A stretch of DNA of 64,000 bases from NCBI GenBank assembly GCA_025603075.1, contig MU626311.1, positions 1 through 64,000 of the forward strand, read 5' to 3'. Each line of letters starts with the position of its first letter. The first letter of the stretch is position 1. The position numbers and the translations under genes were made by a program. Below the pieces are notes generated by a model. It saw only the letters and a program-made list of their open reading frames with translations, was not told the DNA's origin and made no database searches. This stretch comes from Neoconidiobolus thromboides FSU 785 (taxonomy: Eukaryota; Fungi; Entomophthoromycota). Below, in pieces: positions 41,201 to 56,304 of the stretch.

Positions 41201-41451
41201 TGTAATAATGATAATAATAATAATATTTCTATTTGATTATTTTTATTTTTAATAAGCTATATAACAGTTATTTAACTATATATTCAAAATAGTTTGTGTC
41301 AATGGCAATGACCTAATTTTTTCAACCAAACTAACTTTTAATTGTTAAGATTTTTCAAAATAACATAAGTCCAAACAACATCTTTGTTATAAAGGTGCTC
41401 TAAGGAATCTGAGCTAGTTTTCTAATACCAATCCAGCTGTAAACATGATAT

Positions 41452-41549
41452 GGGGTGTTTTTTTTGACTTCATTACTTTTTCCATCTTTTAAGCACTATT
41501 TAAGCAGAAATTTTATTAGCAAAATCCCTAAACACAAAAATATATTCCC
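41452..41549 (-). mobile_element. ~98-bp MITE copy
   Basis: Flanks ATAT/ATAT. Confidence 0.85.
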
Positions 41550-41721
41550 ATATCTTAAAACTTTTTAAACCATTTTTAGAAAATATTAAATACTTTCGTT
41601 TTAAATAATAAGCTATTAGAGCTTTTATTATGCGAAAATATATCTGGTTAATTTATATAAATAAACTTTAATATATATAATATAGTAAGCGTTTTATAGA
41701 TATATAGTTCAATCTTTACAT

Positions 41722-41817
41722 GAGGATGCATTTTGTTTAAGAATTTTACTAACAAATGTCCCACTTAAATAGTGCTTAAAAGATGGAAAAAGTAATGAAG
41801 TAAAAAAAACACTCACC
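41722..41817 (+). mobile_element. ~98-bp MITE copy
   Basis: Consensus core CCCACTTAAATAGTGCTTAAAAGATGGAAAAAGTAATGAAG; right end degenerate. Confidence 0.8.
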
Positions 41818-42136
41818 AAGTGATAAATTCAAAAAAACATTCTCATGTATAGTTTCAATGTATTTAATAATTTAGATTAGATGAATTTAATTAATAAAAT
41901 CCTTTTAATTAATTTTTGGCTTAATTTTAAAAATATAAAATAATTTTGATCCTAATTATTATTACAACTTGTTTTTTTGTATTCAATAGTAATTCCGCTA
42001 ACCTACAATATAAATTATGATAAAACAACTTAGAACTGTGTCGCCGGTATTTTTACTTTTTAATGAATAATTCATTTTTGTAAAACTTTCAAAAATTGAA
42101 TAAAAAAGTGAAACTAGCTTTAACACCCCCATGTGA

Positions 42137-42860
42137 AATCTGGTTCTTCCGAAATTAGCTAGACTAATGGCCATAAAGCATTCTACTGCAGCTCCATATC
42201 ACCCTGAAACTAACGGAATGGTTGAGAGAGTAAATGGTACACTAGTACGTATACTAAGGAAGCTGGCTTTCGATAAAACTAGCTCTTGGGATGAATATCT
42301 ACATTCTGCTATTTTAGCATATAGATATTCAGTACATAGCATTACCAAAAAATCCCCTTTTGTTATGCTTTATAGGAGATATCCGGGACTTCCCATATCA
42401 TTTGCTCCTTTGATGGTTAGACAAGAAGAGATGAGCCCTGACATGTAGTTGCCTAAACTAACAAAAAAACTAATAGCTATCCAAGTTGACGCCTTTAATG
42501 CATTCACAGACTCGAAAACAAGGAGGTATCTACAAGATATATTTCGACTTCTTCATCTAGCTGTCTTCAAAGTAGGTGATATCGTTTATCTGTATCCCTC
42601 CTATAATCAATCTAGAAAAAACAAATTAGCATTGAAATGGGATGGACCATATGGGAGTGTTTTTTTTGACTTCATTATTTTTTCCATTTTTTAAGCGCTA
42701 TTTGAGCGGAAAATTTGTTAGTAAAATTGTTAAACATAAAAATACATCCCCATATGAAGTCATACATAAACACTTGTATGATAGCTATTCAATTAAACAT
42801 AAACGAACAAGCGTTATATATAACCGAATCCATGCCAAGTTTCTCAAATCAGCAATGTGA
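42137..42860 (+). pseudogene. Ty3/gypsy integrase C-terminal fragment (core E plus GPY/F module), with an in-frame stop and a MITE insertion
   Basis: HSTAAPYHPETNGMVERVNGTL, WDEYLHSAILAYR, HSITKKSPF, FKVGDIVYL, KWDGPY|EV...YSIK...IHAKFLK. Confidence 0.92.
42653..42751 (-). mobile_element. MITE copy inserted in the integrase GPY codons
   Basis: Flanks ATAT/ATAT; removing it restores GGA CCA TAT GAA GTC. Confidence 0.93.
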
Positions 42861-42994
42861 TTCAATGAATACAATTTGTAACTAGTCAAATTGTACTATA
42901 ATAATAATAATAATAATAATTTGAAAATTAATTGTTTTGGCCATCTCATAGGTTCTCGGTAAGTAAGCCATAAAAATTCACTATACCAAATCAT

Positions 42995-43005
42995 AGGGAG
43001 GGAAA
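42995..43005 (+). other. Polypurine tract of the gypsy element
   Basis: AGGGAGGGAAA immediately before the LTR start TGTGAAAT. Confidence 0.75.
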
Positions 43006-43477
43006 TGTGAAATATCGCTTTGTCAGTCCCATGGTTAATTATAGCATAACAATCGCCTAAGCTGTTGTGTTCTCGAGTTCAGAGAAAACCAATCCCATGT
43101 TCTTAGTTTAATTTAATATGAGAATTTCTATCTTCGTCTCAAAGAATATTCTCCCCTCGTTTTGATATTTATACTTATCCGAGTATAAAAGAGATCTTAG
43201 AACGTAGTAGCTTAAGACTTTTTAACTGATTTGTTCCCTAATACCTTTTACATTTAATAAAGCCATTGAGCTACTATGTTCTAAGATCTCTTTTATACTC
43301 CGACAAGTATATATATCAGAACGAGAGGATAATATTCTTCGAAGTCATATGACAGAAATTCTCATATCAAATCAAAATAAGAACATGGGATTGATTGCCT
43401 CTGAACTCGAGAACACAACAACTTAGGCGATTATTATGTTATAATTAACCATAAGACTGAAAAAGCGATATTTCACA
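43006..43477. mobile_element. Fold-back LTR: LTR 5' ~263 bp (+) fused to LTR 5' ~208 bp (-)
   Basis: Both ends read TGTGAAATATCGC inward; diverged arms 43006-43213 and 43268-43477. Confidence 0.88.
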
Positions 43478-43914
43478 TAAATATTTAATTGTATATTAAG
43501 TGCTTATAAACTTAGAAACTTAGAAACTTAGAAACTTAAAAGTTGGATTGATTTTTAAATAAATCCTGAAGCTAATTTCGATATTTCGATATCTCGATAT
43601 ATATTATATAAATATATTTATTAAAAGCTAAAAATATTATTACTAATAACAAAAAATCCAAAATAAATAAATATAAATAAAAATTTTAAATTCATTTGTT
43701 ATTATTAATCCCAAAACTTTGACAAAAATAGTTTAAATATTAACTTAAAAAATTAATATCATTGTATTTATGTAAAAGTAAAACAGTTTCAAATAAAATA
43801 ATATAACCAAATAAATTAGATTCTTTATATATATTTGACTATCTGTTACATTTATACATATTAGCCATATTAGTTAAAATATTAAACTTGGTACTCAAAG
43901 CTTAATTGCTATAT

Positions 43915-44011
43915 GGAAATGTGTTTTTGTGTTCAAGAATTTTACTAGTAATTTTCCCACCCAAACAGTGCTTAAAAGATAGAAAAGGTGATAAACCCAA
44001 AAAAACACTCT
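43915..44011 (+). mobile_element. ~98-bp MITE copy (degenerate)
   Basis: GGAAATGTGTTTTTGTGTTCAAGAATTTTACTAG...AAAACACTCT. Confidence 0.8.
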
Positions 44012-44238
44012 TAGATGTTAATTGTAAAAAGTTAGAGAGTAAAAAAAGTTTACACTAGCTTACTAAAAAAATATATAAAATATATAAAATATAATAAAAA
44101 ATTAATATAAACTTTTCTGCATTTTTTAACTTTTTATAATTAATGTAAAGCAATTGAACTTTAACTATTAAACTTAATAATAATAATGAATTAAAAAGAG
44201 TTAATTTTTTTCTTGAAAATTTATATTAATTAGAAAAT

Positions 44239-44337
44239 GGGAGTGTTTTTTTTGACTCATTATTTTTTCCCATTTTTTAAGCGCTATTTGAGCGGAAAAT
44301 TTGTTAATAAAGTTCTTAAACACAAAAATACATCCCC
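44239..44337 (-). mobile_element. ~98-bp MITE copy
   Basis: Flanks AAAT/AAAT. Confidence 0.9.
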
Positions 44338-44402
44338 AAATATTTCTTTTAATTATCCTCTTAATTTTTAAATTCAATTATTAATTTTTGAATTTATAGT
44401 AT

Positions 44403-44500
44403 GGGGATGTTTTTTTGTGTTTAAGAACTTTATTAACAAATTTTCCGCTCAAATAGCACTTAAAAAATGGAACAATAGTGGAATCAAAGAAAACATCACC
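44403..44500 (+). mobile_element. ~98-bp MITE copy
   Basis: GGGGATGT start, consensus core; flanks do not match. Confidence 0.85.
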
Positions 44501-44605
44501 AATGTTGTTTTATATTAATTTTTTTTATTTATATTCATGCAAAATACAGTAAAATTCAAAATTAAATAACAAAATGTTTTAAATTTTACTTGAAAATTAA
44601 CATAT

Positions 44606-44702
44606 GGGGATGTGTTTTTTTGTTTAAGAATTTTACGAGAAATCTTTCCACTCAAATAGCGCTTAAAAAACGGAAAAATAATGAAACTAAAAAAACAGTC
44701 CC
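44606..44702 (+). mobile_element. ~98-bp MITE copy
   Basis: Flanks ATAT/ATAT. Confidence 0.85.
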
Positions 44703-45881
44703 ATATCATAATTTTGATTGACTTATTTAGATAAACATGTAGGAAATAAAAATTTATGCAAGGGTTTTAATCTTTGAAGCTTTTTTTTGTGAGGTATATT
44801 TTAACAATCATGTAAAAAACAATAGGGTATAAAGTATGTAGGAAATAATATAAGACAAGATAAAATGAGATAAAATATTAAAACAGTTCATATTTTAAAT
44901 TTGCCTTCATAATAAAATTTTAAGTTATATGATAATATTATAAGGGAATAAGTGTATTGCACTGTTCGATTATACTAGTCGGATAGTTCTTGAAAGTACT
45001 TAGTCCTAGTTGATTTTTAATCACATAATGCTTTTTTTTCATATTTTTTAAATTTTTAACAATTTTAAATTAATCATATCAAAATCTATGTTTAAAGGCT
45101 CTGTATGTTACTCTCAAGTAATCTTCAGCAGTAAAAAAGATAACAACTTACATGAGATTTCATTCTAAATGATACTTTAATAATACAGCTTAGCTTACTT
45201 GTTATATTGAATATTAAATGAATATATATATTAATTCCAGAATAATTCAGAAGTCGATTCAAGAAAACGTACTTGGATAGTTTCTAATGTGAACCGAAAA
45301 GTTGACTCATTAAAGTTTATGAACAATCTTGATTTAAATTATAAATTATTATCCCAAAATCAATATTAGTATAACTTTAGAAGTATCAGTATACGTATGT
45401 TCGGTATTTATAAACCTTATGATCTGTGGTCCAATTTAACATCATCAGATAACAATATATTATTTTAATATCACTTATCATTCATTATCTTCTAATCTAA
45501 TTCAATGTTGCTATAACAACATAGCTGCAATATCAAATAGTAATAGAATACTCTATGAAATAAATAGCAACTACATTAAGAAGCACCATGATAAATAGAA
45601 TAATGACAAACATGATTTGTTTAAAATTAGTTTAAGTTTAAAAATATATTTGTACTTATTTTACAAATTAACCAAAAATAATAGAATTTAAAAAACCGAA
45701 TAATGAATAGTTTGATCATTTAAAAATTATTACCAAGAGCTTTTTTAAAACAATAGTAATAAAAATGGCTATTATATACTAATAACATAAGTAAACCCTT
45801 TGTGAAATGAGTATATAAAGCAGCTAAGACATAGTTAAAAAGCTATCAAATTATTTTATAGATAATTGATTACTTAATACT

Positions 45882-47789
45882 ATGCGACTTAATTTTTTAT
45901 CATTGATAACTCTTTTAATTACTTTAGCATCTGGTCAAACTAATACAGGAGCTGCTGATCCCTGTGCCAAAATAGCTTACAAGTCAGTGATTGGTTATAA
46001 AGATGCACTTGCCTGTTATGATAGCTTCAAGTTAACTGATAAAATACGCAATGGTGTTTCTGATACCTTAAAGAAGATTCTTCCTTTCTATGCTTTTATT
46101 GATATTGCTAAAAGGTCCCCTGACCCAAAAGTACCTAGTTATATTGATATTAGATCTGAATTAGATAAAGTTCTATCTAAAAAATATGATACTGAGCGTG
46201 ATTTCCAAATTTCTATCGTTAAATTCTTTAACACTTTGGAAGATGGTCATACTAGGTATACCTCAAATTGTTTCTCTAGCTTTATATTCAGGCAACCATT
46301 CCCATTATATACAGAGGAAGGTAAATGGGGAGAAATCAAAGTAAAGATCCCTCAAGATTTACAATATGGGCAACATCTTCTTGATGCTTGGGAAGCTGCT
46401 GGCGTAGATGTGCTAAGCTATTCTGGTGCTGAAGTATTATCTATCGATGGTAAACAACCACTCGAATTTGTTGAGCAATATGCTAAACACTATGTTGGTA
46501 CTTCTAGAGATGTTAACTCTCGTGTGAATTATGCCCTTGCACGTTCGATTCAAAGTAACGGCGAATGGGGTATTAGCTATGGCAGCTTTGGATCCACTTC
46601 TATTCCCCCAGTTAAAGAAACTTTAAAATTTAGAATTCGTGTTGATAATAGGGAGAAAGAAGTAATCGTACCTTATATTGCTACTCCAAATGTCCAAAAG
46701 CCATTTACTGATGCCAAGTCTTTTTATGAAGATAATTGTGAAGTACCCGATCTTGATGCTCTCATAAGAGAGATTTTTGGATCAGGTAACAATAAGCTTC
46801 AATTTTTAGAAGTACCAGAAGTTAAGGAAATCCCAATCGAAGCGCCGCTTAAAAATGCAAATTCAAGGTTGATTGATCCACTTTTGACTGCAGTAGTTGA
46901 TGGAACCTATATTAAAACTTATATTTTACCTGATAGCGTGGGTGTTGTTCATATTTCTACCTTTTCAGCACAGAATGAATCTAAATGGTACAACGAAATT
47001 ATGGATGGTTTCAAGATGCTTCAAGATGAAAAAGTTGAAAAACTAATATTAGATGTAAGTAATAATGGTGGTGGTGCCATTTGTTGGGGTTATAATGTAT
47101 TAGATTATCTCTTCCCAAATGCTTCTACTAAATTCTTTAACACTGATATGCATTACTCCCCCCTACTTGCTAAGCTTACTCAAAATGATACGAATGGTTT
47201 CTTTGCGCCAATTGATTATAACCAACCTGATGGAAAGCCATTTACTTCAAAAAATGCCTTTGCTAACATCAAGAGCTATTATCGCGGTACTAACAGAAAC
47301 AGCCAATACACTCCTCAATTCCAAGAAAAATGTGACGTTAATCCATTAAGATCCTTGTTAGTTGGTGGTAAACAACCATTCAAGACTGAAAATATTGCTT
47401 TGATTTCTAATTCTATCTGTTATTCTACCTGTACTCTTTTAAGCAATGGTATGCAAGAATTCCATAATGTTAAGAGTTATGCTTTTGGCGGTCTTAAATA
47501 TAAGGATGCCACTATTGGCTCTCTTGCTGGTGGTACAGTTTATACTCTTGATAGTCTTTTTTATAGTTTAGAATATTCAGGATTAGATAAAAATCCAGCT
47601 GCTCCACAGCCCCTCCCAATCAAAGGCGGTGTTCGTTTCACTGTTAGAGAGGCTTACTCTTCTAGATTTAAGGAGCCTCGTCCATTAGAATTCACTTGGA
47701 ATCCAGCCAAGAATCATAAAGCTTACACTGCAGAAACCGCTTTCAATCCATACAAGGTTTGGGAACAAGTTGCTAAAGATTTAAAATAG
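45882..47789 (+). CDS. Secreted peptidase S41-family (tail-specific/CPAF-like) protein, single exon
   Basis: Signal peptide MRLNFLSLITLLITLASG; LEDGHT; PDZ-like AEVLSIDGK; LILDVSNNGGG; ICYSTCTLL; GGTV; EFTW.P. Confidence 0.85.
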   Translation: MRLNFLSLITLLITLASGQTNTGAADPCAKIAYKSVIGYKDALACYDSFKLTDKIRNGVSDTLKKILPFYAFIDIAKRSPDPKVPSYIDIRSELDKVLSKKYDTERDFQISIVKFFNTLEDGHTRYTSNCFSSFIFRQPFPLYTEEGKWGEIKVKIPQDLQYGQHLLDAWEAAGVDVLSYSGAEVLSIDGKQPLEFVEQYAKHYVGTSRDVNSRVNYALARSIQSNGEWGISYGSFGSTSIPPVKETLKFRIRVDNREKEVIVPYIATPNVQKPFTDAKSFYEDNCEVPDLDALIREIFGSGNNKLQFLEVPEVKEIPIEAPLKNANSRLIDPLLTAVVDGTYIKTYILPDSVGVVHISTFSAQNESKWYNEIMDGFKMLQDEKVEKLILDVSNNGGGAICWGYNVLDYLFPNASTKFFNTDMHYSPLLAKLTQNDTNGFFAPIDYNQPDGKPFTSKNAFANIKSYYRGTNRNSQYTPQFQEKCDVNPLRSLLVGGKQPFKTENIALISNSICYSTCTLLSNGMQEFHNVKSYAFGGLKYKDATIGSLAGGTVYTLDSLFYSLEYSGLDKNPAAPQPLPIKGGVRFTVREAYSSRFKEPRPLEFTWNPAKNHKAYTAETAFNPYKVWEQVAKDLK

Positions 47790-48160
47790 TTAACAAACCC
47801 TTATTATAAAAATTATTTATAACTCTATTATTATTTGTTTTAGTTACTATTACCAGTGATGAATTTTTATCCAAACTATTTAATACATTTTCTTATTAAA
47901 AACTATTTGCAGCTAAATTAGGCAATTTAGTCCTTAAGATTGCCTAAAGGTAGATACTTATATGTATAAATAAAGGCTGATAAAAAATATCTGTTTTTAT
48001 TACTTGTCTTTTCCAACATCTATACAATATTACTTTTTTGTACACTATTTTTATATAAACAGACATTAGAATATTTAAATTAAAAATGTTAAATTAAAAA
48101 TAAAATCATAATAGCTTTTATAAACTTTATTCAAAAATACTAATGTTTTATACAAAACAT

Positions 48161-48259
48161 GGGGGCGCTTTTTTGGTTTCATTACTTTTTTCATCTTTTA
48201 AGCACTATTTGAGTGGAAAAACTGCTAGTAAAATTCTTAGACACGAAAATACATCCCCC
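48161..48259 (-). mobile_element. ~98-bp MITE copy
   Basis: GGGGGCGC...ACATCCCCC; flanks do not match. Confidence 0.85.
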
Positions 48260-48302
48260 GATATAAACAATAATTTTTTATAACAAAAAACCTGCTATAT
48301 AT

Positions 48303-48401
48303 GGGGATGTATTTTTGTGTTTAAGAGCTTTACTAATAATTTTTCCACTCAAATAGCACTTAAAGGATGGAAAAAGTAATGAAGCCAAAAAAGACATCCC
48401 C
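48303..48401 (+). mobile_element. ~98-bp MITE copy
   Basis: Perfect TIRs, flanks ATAT/ATAT. Confidence 0.9.
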
Positions 48402-48913
48402 ATATACTATAGTAATACAAAACTATTTTTTATAATTTTAAAAAAATAAAAAAACAAAAGACAAATTGGAAGTTTATAAAAAAACTAAAAATAAATAAAA
48501 CAAAAATAAATATAATTATAAAAATTTATGTTAATTTTAGAACTTTTTTATTTAAATTAATTTATATAAATAATATCATTTTATTTAAAATAATTCTAAC
48601 TAAAGTATAATAATTTTAAAACCGATAATCTTTATATTTATAATAATTTTGTTTTGTAATATTGTAATATTTATATTTATATTTATATATTTATTCAGAC
48701 AAATCAATAATAAATAATTTAGCTACTTTTTAATTATTTAATAAAAGTTCATAAGGTTTAATAATATCATAGTTTCAACATTAACCTATTATGTTATTAA
48801 GCTTTACTGTATAATTAAACAATAAATAGTTTTTAAAACCAAAGTATTAAAAAGTTATTAAGCTGCTTTTTAATTATTTTTATTTTATTTCACTAGATTT
48901 TTTTTAAATTATC

Positions 48914-49343
48914 AAATCTGGTACTCAGTGATTGAAGCCAAAAGGAGTCCTTGCTTGATCTACTAGCCGTAAGTCGAAAGATCTTAGTTTATGTGACTGA
49001 GATAGACTTGAATTATGAGCAATAGCATGTAATATGCTACAGATTATGTAAGATAAATAGAGTAGACAATACTACTGTAAAATCTATGTAGAATATTACC
49101 AGAAAGATTCAGTGACTTTATTGAAGACAATGATACCAAAGAATAGTTTAGTTGGGAAGCCTTGAGCTACTATGTTCTAAGATCTTTTTTATACTCTGAA
49201 AAGTACAAATATCAAAATGAGAAGATAATGTTCTTTGGGATGAAGCTAAAAATTCTCATATCAAATCAAACTAAGAGCATGGGATTAATTGTCTCTGAAC
49301 TTGAGAACACAACAACTTAAGTGATTATTATGCTATAATTAAT
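48914..49343 (-). mobile_element. Degenerate LTR copy (reverse), ends eroded
   Basis: AAATCTGGTACTCAG...CTAAGAGCATGGGATTAATTGTCTCTGAACTTGAGAACACAACAAC, colinear with the LTR family. Confidence 0.85.
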
Positions 49344-49592
49344 TTTATGATAAACAATAGCTTTTCAATATATTAAGCCATTTTTATCTACTATTTTTCT
49401 TTTATTTTTTTATTTTTTTAAAGTTTGAAAATAAATTAATCAATTTAGCTGTTGAAATTTAATTATATATTAACAAATAATATGTTTCATAACTAATTAT
49501 TTGCTTTCTTATGCTGATTCAAAGCTTATTAATTTAAAGCTTATTTCAAAATAAATAGTTAACTAGCATGTATCTAAATTAAAATAGTATAC

Positions 49593-49690
49593 GGGGATGT
49601 ATTTTTGCGTTTAATAACCTTACTAATAATTTTTCCGCTCAAATAGCACTTAAAAGATAGGAAAAGTAATGAAGCCAAAAAAACACCCCC
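49593..49690 (+). mobile_element. ~98-bp MITE copy
   Basis: Flanks ATAC/ATAC. Confidence 0.88.
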
Positions 49691-49826
49691 ATACCAATTA
49701 ACTGGTTTTTAAATTTGGAAAAATAACAAAAAAAACAATTAGTAAAAAACAGTTTTATATTGTTTTAATTACCAATTTATAAAAGTTTTGATAATTTTAT
49801 TTAAAGTATTATAAATAAATACATAT

Positions 49827-49923
49827 AGGGGTGTTTTTTGGTTTCATTATTTTTTCCATCCTTTAAGTGCTATTTGAGTGGAGAGATTGTTAGTAAAATT
49901 CTTAAACACAAAAACACATCCCC
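49827..49923 (-). mobile_element. ~98-bp MITE copy
   Basis: Flanks ATAT/ATAT. Confidence 0.88.
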
Positions 49924-49928
49924 ATATA

Positions 49929-50096
49929 ATAAAAAATAAAAAATAAAAAATAAAAAATAAAANNNNNNNNNNNNNNNNNNNNNNNNNNNNNNNNNNNNNN
50001 NNNNNNNNNNNNNNNNNNNNNNNNNNNNNNNNNNNNNNNNNNNNNNNNNNNNNNNNNNNNNNAATAAAAAATAAAAAATAAAAAATAAAAAATAAA
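49929..50096. repeat. (AAAAAAT)n simple repeat spanning a 100-N assembly gap (49963-50062)
   Basis: Seen directly. Confidence 0.95.
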
Positions 50097-50299
50097 AGCA
50101 TTTGAATTAGAAAATATAAAATATAAAGTGATAAAATTAATACCATTTTGTTAAACTTTTATTAATTTTTTTGCTTATACTTGTTCAATATTTTGATATT
50201 AGTACACTAGTAAAAAAAATATTAAAAGTAAAAACATTTATCAACGCTTAGATTATTCCATATTAACTGTCATATTTTTAGCTAAAATCGCCAAGAAAA

Positions 50300-50396
50300 G
50301 GGGATGTATTTTTGTGTCTAAAAATTATACTAACAAATTTTCCGCTTAAATAGCGCTTGAAAAATGGAAAAATAATGAAGTCAAAAAAACACTCCC
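50300..50396 (+). mobile_element. ~98-bp MITE copy
   Basis: Flanks AAAA/AAAA. Confidence 0.85.
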
Positions 50397-50636
50397 AAAA
50401 TATGATAGTTAATGTGAAATAGACTATGTAGCTTGCATCTACTTTTAACCAATGATTTCCAAACACGACAATAAAATAAGTCAATTTTCTAAAATTTAAA
50501 GTTTATTTAAATTTTAACTAAAAATGGATGAAAAATTTTAAATTTTTTTGAGCTGGAACCATAGTAATCATAATTGATATTTCGAAAATCAAAAAAATAA
50601 ATTCAATTTTTTTATAAAATTAACTAAAATTAATAA

Positions 50637-54174
<3,538 letters not shown>

Positions 54175-54255
54175 ATGAATGGGAGAAAACACTAATAAAT
54201 ACTATTATTTTATATTTTATTATTTTATATATTATTATTTTCATGTATTATTATT

Positions 54256-55748
54256 TTAAAAATGATCTGTAATAAAATCCATTTTAAAATTATTACAATT
54301 TGTTGGTGGTAAATCTTTTTGATCTCCTTTGGCTAATAATATAGTCCAATAATGGCCTTTTGGCACATACCAAATACCAATAGAACCAAATCCAAGTCCA
54401 AGTAATCTTTCTCGATGACCTAATTAAAACCAATAAATAAATAAAACACGAATATATTTTAATATTATTATATTATATTATATTATATTATATTATATTA
54501 TATTATATTATATTATATTATATTATATTATATTAGCGTACCTCTATCTCTTAACATTAAACTCAACAGTTGATTAACATCTTTTACACCTCTTGCAATA
54601 TTTTGACCATAAGCTTTCCATTCTAATCCACCATCCACTATTTTTTCACCAATAGTAAACCCTCCTTCATTTCCATTCACTAGTCTATTATTGAGAGCCA
54701 TCCATTCGGTGTGATTTCTAGCAATTTCCATTAAAATTAAATTAGCACCAACAGGTGGTGAACTAGGTAAAGCTTGTTTTCTAGCAAAATTAATAGAACA
54801 TAAAATTTCTTTTAAATTAAATTTATAATGTTTAGTATCAATAGAATTATAATCAAAAATGCCATTATATGTTCTCCCACTTCGTGATGTTTTCCATCGT
54901 ACTATAGGATTGTTTCGTAATTTGTTTTTTAATCTCAAACGTTTACTTTGTTTCGTTAGATTAAATAAAATTGGCGGATATATTTCTTGTTTTTTTATAT
55001 TTGCTAATGTGGAATAAGTACTATTGATAGGGGTGTTATTGATGAGTATAGTTGTATTATATATTGTTGTTGAGTTTTCCTTTTCTCTTTTTAGTATTTG
55101 TTGATTATGTTCTTTTTTTATAAAATTAGTACAATCTGGTAAGATAATTGGATAAGGTGATTTAGTTAATATTATATTTAATGATTTTAATTTGAAAGAA
55201 TAACTTAAACCTATATGAGTATAACTGGGTTCTAATATTAAATTTTTGGCTTCTATCAAGATAATGTTAGTATTATTGCTTATTGCTTATTAATTATTAA
55301 TTATTATTATTGAATTCATCTTACCTTGATCATTCCAAATAGCTAATAATCCTTGTTCTGTATTATTAATATTTTTTACTAAAATAGTACCCGCTTTAAA
55401 CCATAATATATTATTAACATTTAATTGATTTAAGTAAGTTTGATTAATTATACTATTATTTGAAGTTGTATTGAATGAGTTGTCTAAATTATATTCAGCT
55501 ACTTTGTTTAAAGATCTAAAAAAGTTAATATTTATATTAAGTCTTGATTCTGTATTTATTAAAACTTACTTATAACTCCCTAAAGGTAACCTTAATTTTG
55601 GATCTAAAGTTCTTATTTCATTTAATAAACAATGATACCTTGATAATTCAAATTCTTCTTTTTTAAATAAAACATTACTAGGGATTGAAATGGAATGGAT
55701 CGTTATGAACATTGACAACAGTATACTTAATTGATAAAATAGTTGCAT
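54256..55748 (-). CDS. Secreted protein with two CAP/SCP-like domains, multi-exon
   Basis: Signal peptide MQLFYQLSILLSMFITIHS; YHCLLNEIR and ILCSINFARKQ starts; HTEWMALNN, QNIARG, GHRERLLG..FGSIGIW...YWT. Confidence 0.65.
54462..54534. repeat. (ATTAT)n microsatellite in the last intron of the CAP gene
   Basis: About 14 tandem units seen directly. Confidence 0.95.
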
Positions 55749-56205
55749 TGTATTTTTACTTTGGATATTAACATAATAAAGTAATAACAATTCTTATTTC
55801 TTATTTCTTATTTTTTTTCAAAAGTTCCTCAATTGCTTATCTTACTTTGATAACATTTATTGGCTATTTATTAAATTAGAAAATTATTTCTATTTTTTGC
55901 CAAATGGAGTAACTCGATTCAATTTGAGTCAATTCATTTAAAATTGAAAATTAAGACGGACTAATTTGAAAATTGTACTGCAACAAGATTTCAATTTACA
56001 TCTGTAGTCTTCAACTAATATTCTAAAGGCTTAAATACATTGCATATATAAACTGGTATTCACTTTAAATAATTATGTCTAACCCTAGATTTTCGATCCA
56101 AAAAATAGATTTTATTGTATATAGTAAGTTAAATTAAATTACTAGTTTAATGTGTTAAAAAACTCTAGTAATTTAACAGTTAGCTAGGAATTTGAATTAT
56201 AATAT

Positions 56206-56304
56206 AGGGATGTTTTTTTTGACTTCATTACTTTTTATATCTTTTAAGCATTATTTGAATGGAAAAATTATTAGCAAAATTCTTAAATACAAAAATACAT
56301 CCCC
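56206..56304 (-). mobile_element. ~98-bp MITE copy
   Basis: Flanks ATAT/ATAT. Confidence 0.85.

Noticed and set aside
42117-42131. Primer-binding site TGGGGGTGTTAAAGC (minus strand) next to the LTR-end remnant
   Set aside because: I cannot match it to a tRNA 3' end, and AACACCCCCAT equally resembles a degenerate MITE terminus, so it is left uncalled.
49929-50096. Long A-rich tract as a telomeric or retroposon tail
   Set aside because: A simple 7-mer repeat broken by a 100-N scaffold gap; true length unknown and no associated element.
16791-50484. Similar short ORFs containing FFDFIIFPFFKRYLSGK or MEKIMKSKK (16791, 40219, 42642, 44515, 49847, 50278)
   Set aside because: They are translations through MITE copies, not a peptide gene family; frames and lengths are not conserved.
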